A model generated the notes under the pieces. That model was not told where the DNA came from, made no database searches, and saw only the letters and a program-made list of their open reading frames with translations. Of a DNA stretch of 64,000 bases, positions 1 to 10,304 are shown one piece after another. Source of the stretch: Octopus sinensis (taxonomy: Eukaryota); contig NC_042997.1 of assembly GCF_006345805.1 (NCBI RefSeq), forward strand, positions 131,254,001 through 131,318,000. Direction: 5' to 3'. The position numbers and the translations under genes were made by a program. Position 1 is the stretch's first letter. The number at the start of each line of letters is the position of its first letter.

Positions 1-345
1 TCAGGTTCCATAACGTTGCTGTGGCATTATTTGTTTGAGTCATCTAGATTTTTTCCAGTCCGTCAGATATTTACAATGTTTCTTGTACTATCAGGCATTT
101 CTTATATGTTTATGTGTGTGCGTGTATTTATATGTATCACACACACACACACACACACACATACACACGAGTATATCGTTAGCCACTACACACATTTGTT
201 CTCTCCTTGTTTTTTCTGTGTCCCTTTCTGTAGAAGAGCGTAGGCTCGAAAAGTAAAAGACTTTTTCTATTCCTGAGTGTTATACTAATACATCTATTTG
301 TTTTGTACACCACCTGTCTTCGTCTTTTGTTTTTTCGTAAACTCT

Positions 346-387
<42 letters not shown>

Positions 388-545
388 TTTTTCTTATCAG
401 TTTCAGCTCAGATCTGTGACAATGCTGAAGCACCGCCGTTTTCCTACACTGTTATTATTGAGAGCCTCCTCTGATATATGGCATTTGGTGAATAAGGAAG
501 CTTGATGTCGCTACTCTCATTTTCACCTTCTGCCGTGCGGTAGAT

Positions 546-938
546 TCATCTGGGACTCTCGACAAGAAGAGATCCAGTTTTGATTTGAAAACACCTACAT
601 TCACTTTCTGTAGGTACCCTCAGGCTCTTTGGGAGAATATTAAAAAGATGTGAGCTCCTGAAACCCAGGTTGTTGCAGTAACTGGTCCTGAAGCGTGATG
701 GCATTGCTGGGATCGTTGGCATTGTGCAGTGGCGACTCGTTTTGGCATCTGTGTAACTTTCGATGCCCAAATTTGGCACAATCCATTCCAGGATCTTCCA
801 GATGTATATTACTGCATATCTCTCCCGCCTTCGCTTCAAGGAGTAAAGTCTTAGCTGCTTCAACCTATCCCAGTAGCTGAGCTGTTGCAATGGGATGATC
901 TTTGCGAAGCTTCGCTGAATTGCTTCAAGGTCTGCTGT
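546..938 (-). pseudogene. LINE ORF2 post-RT C-terminal region
   Basis: TADLEAIQRSFAK..SYWDRLKQLRLYSLKRRRERYAVIYIWKIL..HLFNILP is typical of CR1-clade ORF2 ends. Confidence 0.85.
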
Positions 939-2200
939 GGAACACAACAGACCAAAAGACACTTTTGAACTGGTCATTCAGTACCTCACTGATCCTGGTT
1001 GGGCTATCTGTGAGGGAGCCATCCTTTTGGAAGAGGGATCTTATTTTACAGCGAACTGAGGTTATTTCTTTGCCATTATGAAAGTAGGCCTTTGGGTTTG
1101 ACTTAATATTTTTCATAACCCAGACTTCTTTGTCTGCTCTCTCCTTCACATAGGATTGTTGCAGGCTTTTTTCAAACTCCATCAGTGTTGTTTTTAGGTG
1201 GGACCTCTCACTACTTTTGGTATATTGGTTGAAGCGATTTGCAACCTTCGTCCGTCGTCTCATGAGGATTTTCCTCCCCCTTTGAATCTTATTCCTTTTT
1301 CTGTTGGTCTTGTACTCTGGGACATTTTTCTGGCATAAGATTTGCATAACAGATATGAAATATTCTAGTTTCATGCTAATGTCTGGTGTGGAGAGACATT
1401 TTGGCCAGTCCTGTCTTAGGATCTCTTTTTGGATCAATTTCCAGTCTGCTTTGTGGAAGTTCAGATTGGAGAGATTTTTGGTGCTTCCTTTAGGCTGTAT
1501 GTCTCTGCTTACTTCTGGTCCATAAATAGACAGCTCTATTATGTTGTGATTCGAAACTAAAGTCGGCATCACTTTCACATTATGGACGGTATCCTTATTG
1601 TTCGTGAGGTAGAGATCCAATATGTTATTCACCCTAGTTGGTTTGAGCACAACTTGCTCCATGTATAGGACATTGGTGAGGTTAAGCAGGGACTCCATCT
1701 GTACTTGTTTGCAATGAGTCATTCTTGAGGACATGAGGCCTTCGAGCCATTTGATGTTGGGGAAGTTGAAATCACCAATAAGAAACACGCTCACGTGATG
1801 TTCCATTTTCATGAGGATTTCTTTTAATCTTGTGAGGCAATCTTCAAACTTGCCTATGTGGTTTCGAGCATCCTGTGGGCGATATGTATTGCGTATGACT
1901 ATATTGTGTTGTCTTGATTTTACTAGAGTGTCACATACTGAATTTGAGCATGACAGTAGGACCTGGGGTGTGAGATCCCCACGGATGTATACAGCAATTC
2001 CACCATGGCTCCTTTCCCTTCTGTCTGTTTGCAGTATGTTATATTTTGGTACGTGTATTTCTGCATATCAGGACTCAGATGAGTTTCTACGAGTGCTATG
2101 CATAGAGCTTGATTGCATGCAGCAAGGTCTCTTAGGAAACAGATTTTGCTGTTGTTGTTCAGATGCAAAAGGCCTCAAATATTTAGTCAAAATATTGGCG
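925..2200 (-). pseudogene. LINE ORF2 APE endonuclease plus linker (frameshifted near the N-terminus)
   Basis: ORF 925-1812 extends upstream in frame (EIHVPKYNILQTDRRERSHGGIAVYIRGD..TYRP); ORF 1923-2168 supplies the ETHL motif in another frame. Confidence 0.85.
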
Positions 2201-2664
2201 TGACGTTGTGCAGGCGTCAGGGGCGGCCATCCTGTGTCTGTTGATTGTGGTGGTCTTGCGCAGTGGTGGGCAAGGTTCCGTGTTTGCGCTTGATGTAACT
2301 GGGTCAACTGCTGCACAATCTTTTGCAGCATGTACAAACATGGCACTTACTAAGCTGCTGCCTTGCACATAACATCTGAAGAGCGCACTGCATTTGCATA
2401 CTTTCTGGAGACGATTGGTGCCTTTCCTCGAGGAAGTATTTCTCCTTAAGGCTCCTGCAATTTTGGCGGGGTTTCAGGTGAACAAACTGACAGTTTGTAC
2501 CGTCTTCCCCATGCCAACATTTGCCTTCACTTCAAATTTCTTCTCTCATCCAGGGTTTCGGATTCCATTGGTTTTGGATTTCGGTTTTAGTTTTAATTGT
2601 TTCATCTTTTCCTTTTCCTTTCTCTCCCCTTCCTTCCTCCCTTCATTCATTCCTCTGGTTTTCT

Positions 2665-2898
2665 TATTTCTTAACTGCCCACAAGGGGCTACACACAGAG
2701 GAAACAAACAAGGACAGACAAACGAATTAAGTCGATTATATCGACCCCAGTGCGTAACTGGTACTTATTTAATCGACCCCGAAAGGATGAAAGGCTAAGT
2801 CGACCTCGGCGGAATTTGAACTCAGAGTGTAGCGGCAGACGAAATAACTCTAAGCATTTCGCCTGGCGTGCTAACATTTCTGCCAGTTCGCCGCCTTG
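2665..2898 (-). mobile_element. tRNA-derived SINE (family B) with L1/Tx1-type 3' tail, inserted in LINE ORF1
   Basis: B-box GAGTTCAAATTCC and body GGTCGAC..CCTTTCATCCTTTCGGGGTCGA..AAGTACCAG; 17-bp TSD with 1 mismatch (CATTCCTCTGGTTTTCT 2648-2664 / CATTCTTCTGGTTTTCT 2899-2915). Confidence 0.9.
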
Positions 2899-3324
2899 CA
2901 TTCTTCTGGTTTTCTATAGGGGTGAGGACTCCATCCTTTTGTGGAACCACTGGCACAGAGGGACTTCTGGTTGTTGTTTCTTCATCTTCCCTATCATTAT
3001 CAGCCTGGTTGTTTATAGGGGTGGGGGACCCATTCTTTGGTGGGACCACTGGATCAGAGGGACTTCTGGTTCTGGTTTCCTTCTCCCTATCAGTCTTGCC
3101 ACTGCTATTTTCCATGATGACATCAAGAGTGTCAGTGTGTGGTCTATTAAGGAAACAGGATCGGATGAGTTCATTTTCCTTCCGTTCTATCTGCTCAATG
3201 GTTCTACAGGTACCATTGTTCTTTAGTGCAGCAGTAATTATGTTGTTTGGAGGATCACCGCTAGCAATCATTAACGCTCGCAACAGCAGTTTCAGTTTCT
3301 TGCTATCCCACTTTGGTGCCGGGT

Positions 3325-3860
3325 GGGGGTAAGAGGATAGAGAGGAAGTGAGAGAGACAGAGGGAGGTAGAGGAAGATATAAAGGAAAGAGAAAAGGGGG
3401 GTATGGAGCAATAGGGAGAGGGAAAGAGAGAGGTTGATATGAAAGAAAGAGAAAGGGGAAATGGAGCGAAAGGGAAAAGGGAGGGAGACGAGGAGGAAGA
3501 GAAAGAGAGAGACAGAGTGAGGGAGAGAGGAGAGAATGAAGAATATACGAGGGAAAGAGAGACAGGGTGAGGGGAGGAGGGAAAACGAAAAATGTTTGAG
3601 GGAGAGGCGGGAAATGGAGAAAGATATGACAGGGAGGGAGAGATAGAGTGAGGGAGAGAGTGGAAAAAAGAGGAAGGTATGTAAGAGTGATGGGGAAGAG
3701 CAGGTAAAGAAGATATGAAGGAAAGAGAAAAACAAGTTATGGAACGAAAAAGGCCGCTGTGAGTGAGAAGTTACACAGAATACGATAGCGGGAAAGAAGA
3801 GAGGGAGAAAGAGAAAGATATGAAAAACGAAAGCCGGGAGGTGGGGAGACAAAACAAAAA
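3325..3860 (+). repeat. GA-rich polypurine low-complexity tract
   Basis: About 530 bp almost entirely G/A; explains ORF 3292-3852. Confidence 0.9.
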
Positions 3861-4220
3861 AAAAAAAAAAAAAAAAAAAGGAATAGGTTTCGTGACAAAT
3901 TTTCTGCCTTAAAATTTTTTCAAACAGAAGATTGGAAACAAACTATATACCTCTTAAATTCAAATTTTCAGTAAACAAAATAAACAAGCGGAAACAAAAT
4001 AAACAAATGAAAAGGATACTTATTCCCGAGAGGTAAAAATTCCAATTGTCGTTCTTGTACGAATTAGTTTTGTTTCAAAAAGAAATCGTCTCCTTTTTAC
4101 ACACGGCAATGTAATTTTTTCACCACTAGGTTTCTACTACGATAACTCTGGCTTGCGCCGCTGACTTTAATATATTATATTACATGCAAAAATGCGAGCA
4201 TGAAAAGTAATATTCTTAAA

Positions 4221-4652
4221 ATTATAAACCTGGAAAAGTACAGGACAAGTTATTACACCTGTAAAAGTATAGGACAAACTATTACTTGAAGCAAATTAAA
4301 GAATAAGAAACTTTTTACTTAAAATATTGCAGCAAAGAATGCCAGTTCTTCTAATTTATCACTCTTTACAGTTCTCATCTTTTAAATTTATTGTACAAAA
4401 CTGTTCAGCTAATTTTTAAGTTTGTCTAATTACTCACTTTTTTCTGTATTTAAGGTAGTAAATTAGCCAAATTCTACTTAAATAAGTATAGTATTATTTG
4501 TAAACTATAATAAAATATTTTTTATAGTCAAAATTTTCATTTTAGCTGCAATGTTTTAAGTAAAAAGTTTCTTATTCTTTACTTGAAGTAATAGTTTGTC
4601 CTATACTTTTACAGGTGTAATAACTTGTCCTGTACTTTTCTAGGTTTATAAT
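4221..4652. mobile_element. MITE with ~110-bp terminal inverted repeats
   Basis: 4221-4333 is the near-perfect reverse complement of 4545-4652 (ATTATAAACC...GGTTTATAAT); each TIR has two 29-bp direct subrepeats. Confidence 0.85.
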
Positions 4653-4715
4653 CTGCTGCGATTTACGAAATGGTGGATTTAATATATTCAACCACTTTGA
4701 ATGTTGAATGATTGA

Positions 4716-4807
4716 GCGTCCAATAACACTATACTTGTTCCACGTCCTCTCGTTGTTGTGTTTTCTCTTTGTGTTTTCATGTTTGGATTAACTATATATA
4801 TATATAT

Positions 4808-4886
<79 letters not shown>

Positions 4887-4888
4887 TA
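4716..4888 (+). repeat. Penelope-associated repeat fragment followed by (TA)n(TAGA)n
   Basis: GCGTCCAATAA..TTGTTCCACGTCCTC..GTTGTTGTG..TTTGGATTAACT matches 21726-21800, which carries a hammerhead motif upstream. Confidence 0.55.
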
Positions 4889-4975
4889 TCTGTGTGTGTA
4901 ATATATTTTTTATCTTGTTTCAGTGATCAGACTGCGGCCTTAGTGGGGCATCGACTTTATACACACACACACACA

Positions 4976-5006
<31 letters not shown>

Positions 5007-6133
5007 TGAACTATAATACAAAACGTTTCACTGTTCCTTATTATCAAAAATTTTCCTTCCAAAATTTCGTTACCCTCTTCTCCCAGTTTTTTCTCTCCGT
5101 TTTTATTTTATCATTCGAATAGTTTTGGGGTTTATGAATTACATTTTGATAAAATCGAAGCTTTTTCATAAATTGATGTTGGATGATGACCCCTGAAGAA
5201 AATATGATACAGAAACTTTTTTTTAAAAAATCCAAATTTGAAAGTGAACTCAAATCGAAATTTAAATTATAAATTTCGACATGGAATCGTTAGAAATTTA
5301 TATTCAAAAGGAAATTTGAATATCAACTTTCACTTTTACTCATCTCTTAATAACGTAGTGTGACGCCATCTTAGTTTTCTCGTTTTAACATTTCGAACTA
5401 TGGAAAAAAGAAAGAAAAACTGGAAAGAAAAAGAAAAGAAAAGAAAGTTTGTCTTTTTATTGATATTTAGTGTTATTGATAATTTCACACTTCTCTTCCA
5501 TACTTCCGATAAGTGTTTTCTAGAACGACAGCTGCTAAAATACTGCGCCTTTTAGGAAGCAAGCGCTGGCAGTTGCTAATAATGTGAATTCCACCTTCAA
5601 CAAACTATATATTTCACAGAACTGACATATTTAGTAACAATCGTGAGATATCAAGTGGCAACGACATACAAAGATATTTAAATGGATATTAAAATCACCA
5701 GCCAACCAGACGTTATTCTCCCGCTGCCTCTCTGTCGATACTGCTATTGTCTTTATCCCCTGAATTTGCTTACTGTATCACCTTTATTCAAACTCCTTCA
5801 TTTCATTCATATTCCCCTCTCCTGTCATTCCTGTTGCATCACTGTCATAGAATCTGTACTAAATACTTCGCTCATTCTTCAATCTCTAATGCTACATACT
5901 TCTTTGGAAATCTCTTTTCCATGCTTGATACTTTAGATGCAAAACAACAAAAAGAAACATAAGCGTGCTTATTTTTCCTAGCTGTTTTTACCTTTAGTCC
6001 TAGAGAACATTGAAAGTCTACTATAGGCGTTATCCAACTTACTTTACACAATGATGATTTTCAAAAAATCACTTTCCGCCTGTGCTCTGGGCAGTCACTC
6101 TTACAAGAGACCACCAAAGAAAAACAAATAATT

Positions 6134-6209
<76 letters not shown>

Positions 6210-6659
6210 CATATATATACGACGGGCTCCTTTCTATTTCCGTCCAGCTCTCACAGGGCTGTATGTATGTATGTATGTATGTATGTATGTATGTATGTGT
6301 TTATACGTACGTATTATCCTAGGAGAAAAAATATATATAAAAGTATGGGTGTGGTTAGTAAGTCTTGTCATTGAAAACCTATTTTCTATAAAAACCATAC
6401 TAGAGCCAACGACTGTCATATTTTCCTCGTATCTCATCTCACCGTCTTGAAAAACAGGAAGGATACATTAAATATAAATTAAATACTATAGTCCCAGATA
6501 TACTATCCATGGTACAGGGTAGAATACCAAGGGTGTTGTCAGGATTTCCACCGAGTAGAGGGGTTATTTATCAAAATGGAAGCACTATTGGCCGTCTAAT
6601 TTTAGAAACACATACAATTAAAATATGTATTAGATAACAGGGATCTATATAGAGATGGG

Positions 6660-6875
6660 GTAGGTGTTTTCAAGAAGGACCTTAACTTTCCGTTGTCCAA
6701 GATCCCAGACGAGCTTATGTCACGACAAGAAACTCAGATAAGAGCAGTTATATGAAACTTCCCCATTCATCAAAAGTCAACCACATAAATATGGCTATTG
6801 TAAAAGGTGATGAAAATGGCGGAGCCCCAGCATGGCCACAGCCTTTGGGCTGGAATATATAATGGATAAAAGAAT
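6660..6875 (+). mobile_element. 3' fragment of CR1-like LINE
   Basis: ..TCCAAGATCCCAGACGAGC..TTCCCCATTCATCAAA..GGCGGAGCCCCAGCATGGCCACAG is homologous to the 3' end of the LINE at 393-600 (minus). Confidence 0.65.
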
Positions 6876-6961
6876 AGAGGAAATTCTTAAAATGACATGG
6901 AGCAGCGGTGGTGCCATCCGAATCTTCCGACCTTGCACTGGCAGTGTCTTTGTAATATTGG

Positions 6962-7417
6962 CGCTCCGTCGGTTGCGGCGTTGAGGGTTCCAGTTGATTC
7001 AGTGAACAGAACAGCTTGCTCGTGAAATTAGTGTGGAAGTGGCTGAGTACTCCACGGTAAGTAGCTTGCTTACCAACCACATTGTTCCGGGTTCAGTCCC
7101 ACTGCGTGGCACCTTGGGCAAGTGTCTTCTACTATAGCCTCGGGCCGACCAAAGCCTTGTGAGTGGATTTGGTAGGCAGAAACTGAAAGAAGCCCGTTGT
7201 ATATATGTGTGTGTGTGTGTGTCTGTGTTTGTCCCCCCAACATTGCTTGACAACCGATGTTGGTGTGTTTATGTCCCCGTTACTTAGTGGTTCGGCAAAA
7301 GAGACCGATAGAATAAGTACTGGGCTTACAAAAGAATAAGTCCCGGGGTTGAGTTGCTCGATTAAAAGGCGGTGCTCCAGCATGGCCGCAGTCAAAATGC
7401 CTGAAACAAGTAAAAGA

Positions 7418-7458
<41 letters not shown>

Positions 7459-7673
7459 GTACCCATAACATAGTCTCAGAGAGATTCAACGCAACACAGA
7501 ATGTGACTAGGCTGACCCTTTGAAATAAAAGTGCCTCCCATTTTTGCCAGCTGAACGGACTGGAACAACATGAAATAAAGTGTCTTACCCAAGACATAAA
7601 GCACCGCCGAGAATCGAACTCACGCTCTTTCGATTGGCAGCCGAATATCCTAACTACTAAGTCACGCCTTCAC
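6962..7673 (-). mobile_element. tRNA/CORE-type SINE (family C) split by a main-family SINE insertion
   Basis: Minus-strand head GGCGTGACTTAGTAGTTAGG..GAGTTCGATTCTC at 7673-7610, CORE-like TTGGGTAAGACACT; body resumes across the insertion (CTCCAC|..|AGATGCGTACCC). Confidence 0.65.
7056..7420 (+). mobile_element. Main tRNA/CORE-type SINE (family A), 5'-truncated
   Basis: GGTTCAGTCCC B-box, ACCTTGGGCAAGTG CORE-like motif, internal (TA)/(TG)n, tail GGCGGTGCTCCAGCATGGCCGCAGTC..GAAACAAGTAAAAGAG. Confidence 0.9.
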
Positions 7674-7800
7674 TGTGTCTTTATGTAACATAATAATAGA
7701 GGTGCTGGTCCGACTGGAACATCTTTGATCATATGTTTACTCAATCAGAACTCACTCGACTAGAATAAAAATTTTATAGAAAGTAGCTCATGTGAAGGAA

Positions 7801-8529
7801 CTGTAATGTAGTTAAAAGAGGGGCGAGGGGCGATGGAGACGGTCTGCTCCGGACGCGAAGTTTTTTCTTACGAGAGTTCCGGACCCCAGTAATGAACTCA
7901 TTTGCATACAGCCAATCAGAGCTCACCTTGATCTTGTGGTCAAGTTAACAAACACACTCTTCGAGACTAAGAACGGTGTTGTAAGGCGACTAATCGTCAA
8001 GTTATTATGCCTAATTTTAGTAGAAAACAAGTAAATAGATAGACTTTCATCTATACCTATTATCGGATTTTGTTAGGGCCCCATAGGGTAGAGATATGGA
8101 TGGGGAAAATGTGGGTAGATGGTGATGTGCTAATAACCCTCTCCCCTTACTCTTTTAGAAAGTAAACAACAACACAAATAACTACGCAGAGGCAGCCGCG
8201 GTTGAAACAAGAGCAACAAGCATTATTAAAAGAGAAAAAAAGCACGGTCATTCTTTAACCAAGTGACCTTATCTTATCGCCCATCACTTGTTATGCGCTC
8301 ATAAATTAGTTTGATAGTTGAGCTCGGATTGGCTCAACTATCAAATGAGTTCATAACTGGGGTCCGGAACTCTCGTGGGGGAAAAATTAGCGCCCCGGAT
8401 GACGCTTTTATGAAATTGTCGCTTTTGGGTCTGCTATAAAAGCTTGTATAGATTATTTAGCCTCAATGATGGGGATCGGACAGGCTCAAGGGTTGCTCCA
8501 GGCAGCACACCCTCTAGCCACACCACTGT
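7801..8529. mobile_element. hAT-like MITE hosting a nested MITE
   Basis: Right end CTAGCCACACCACTG resembles an AGCTACGCCACTG-type TIR; degenerate left end CTGTAATGTAGTTA; GGGGCG..GGTCTGC body shared with 41207-41348. Confidence 0.5.
7854..8392. mobile_element. Nested MITE with ~70-bp inverted repeats
   Basis: ACGAGAGTTCCGGACCCCAGTAATGAACTCATTTG..AGCCAATCAGAGCTC (7870-7924) is inverted at 8320-8376; both junctions are CCGGA. Confidence 0.75.
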
Positions 8530-9424
8530 CAAGGAGACATTACGAGTGAGAGGTGTCGGCTCTCTCTACCAAAGAATAATGTATAAAGAACAAGTTCATT
8601 AAAATGGTTCGAATGAAAATCGAAACTGTATCGCAAACTCGACCGTCTGTGAGCTACCACAACTAATTTTTTGTCGTGGTGTCATTTACGTCTTTGAACC
8701 TGTCAAATCGGCACCAAAACACTCCGCCTGAACTTTTATTCATCAAAAGCAGTAGACCATGGTATTTGCCCTAAGCGCAGCCATGGGTGTGTAGTTACGA
8801 AATTCGCTTCGCAGTTCCCGGTTCGGTTCTACTTTATAGCTTCTTGGATGTCTTCTGACATAGCTTCAAGTTTATCAATACGTTGTAGGCGGAACTGTAC
8901 ACAATACCGTTTTGTGTGTGTGTGTGTGTATGTGTGTGTGTATGCGTGTGTGTGAGAGAGAGAGAGAGGGGGGAGAGAAAGAAAGAGAGAGTGGTCGGGG
9001 ATGAGTACGCCTATGTGTAGTGTGTCAGCGAAAGATACGCGATTTACTAGGAAAATTATCAATAAACCAGTCCGTCCGACAAAAGACTTTTGTGGTACTA
9101 CTTCCCTACCCCTGAGTTGTACAGATACTCCCCTGTCACTCTGACCATGTAAAAATGCAGTAAACCAGTGATTGGTCAGCTGGAAACATGTAACCAATCA
9201 AGGCAAATGTTCAAAAAATACTTTATATATATATATACACATACTAATAAATTGCAGAAATTCAGTTGAACATCAAGCATCCCAATATCAGCAGTCAGAG
9301 ATACCCCACCCCTGCAAAGGTCATAAGCATTGCTTCTTTGCTGAAACATTAAAAACTACCGTATTTGATTGAATAAAAGAAACACGGGCATATTTGACGC
9401 ACTCCAATTTCAGCAGCTCATATT

Positions 9425-9802
9425 CTCTTTTGCTCTTTTACTTATTTCAGTCATTTGACTGTGACCATGCTGGAGCACCGCCTTTAGTCGAGAAAATCGA
9501 CCCCGGGACTTATACTTTGTAAGCCTAGAACTTATTTTATCGGTCTCTTTGCCGAACGGCTAGGTGACGGGGACCTAAACACACTAGCATCGGTTGTCAA
9601 GCGACACAGACACACAAACACACACATATATACATATATACGACGGGCTTCTTTCAGTTTCCGTCTACCAGATCCACTCACAAGGCTTTGGTCGGCCCGA
9701 GGCCATAGTAGAAGACACTTGCCCAAGGTGCCACGCAGTGGGACTGAATCTGGAACCATGGGGTTCGTAAGCGAGCTACTTACCAGACAGCCATTCCTAC
9801 GC
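9425..9802 (-). mobile_element. Main SINE family A copy
   Basis: Full-length reverse complement of the family A pattern. Confidence 0.9.
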
Positions 9803-9834
9803 GTATACGAAAAAAAATTAGTGCATATATGTAA

Positions 9835-10054
9835 TATTGGTTTCAAAGTTTGGCATAAGGCCAGCAATGTCAGGGTAGGGGCGTAAACTGATGAAATCGA
9901 CCCCAGTGCACAACTGGAATTTATTTTATTGATCCCGAAAGGACGAAAGGCAAAATCTGCCTCGGCGGAATTTGAACTTCGAGCGAAAAGGAGGACGAAA
10001 TGTCGTTGAACATTTGGCCCGGTATGCTTAACGATTGTGTCAGCTCGCCGCCTT
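9835..10054 (-). mobile_element. SINE family B copy (CCAAA..TTTGAAACC tail)
   Basis: Reverse complement of head AAGGCGGCGAGCTG..GTTCAAATTCCGCCGAGG, body CCTTTCGGGATC and tail GCTGGCCTTATGCCAAAC. Confidence 0.8.
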
Positions 10055-10304
10055 ATTAAAGTATGTAATATTTAAAGCAATACATTACATAACATTACGA
10101 AAGTACCGTAACTATAGTTTTATTATGGGGTCAGATTAGCTAGAGAAGTCTGTTTGGACTAAAATTAGCCTTCTGTATTGAGTGTCAGGGATAAAATTAA
10201 TGTATATGAGACCCATCTTCGCATATGAAGTCCGGGATAAGTTTCTGAGACGTTTAATAATAATAATAATAATAATAATAGTAATAATAATAATAATAAT
10301 AATA

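Larger units (their letters stand above)
379..3320 (-). mobile_element. CR1/L2-group LINE with ORF1, APE endonuclease and ORF2 C-terminus, RT domain internally deleted; SINE inserted in ORF1
   Basis: Minus-strand remnants in order: ORF1-like (2822-3283, 2350-2660), APE (ALVETHLSP..SHGGIAVYI..GDFNFPNI..ILDLYLTN..NHNII), linker ending LNDQFKSVF, then post-RT CR1 motif ADLEAIQRSF..LSYWDRLKQLRLYSLKRRRERY; A-tail at 379-392. 5' end approximate. Confidence 0.85.

Noticed and set aside
16-433. Many 60-140 aa ORFs with HTHT, YIYI, CVCV, IIII or SLSL runs (here and throughout the window)
   Set aside because: These are translations of (CA)n, (TA)n, (AAT)n and (CT)n microsatellites and SINE bodies, not genes.
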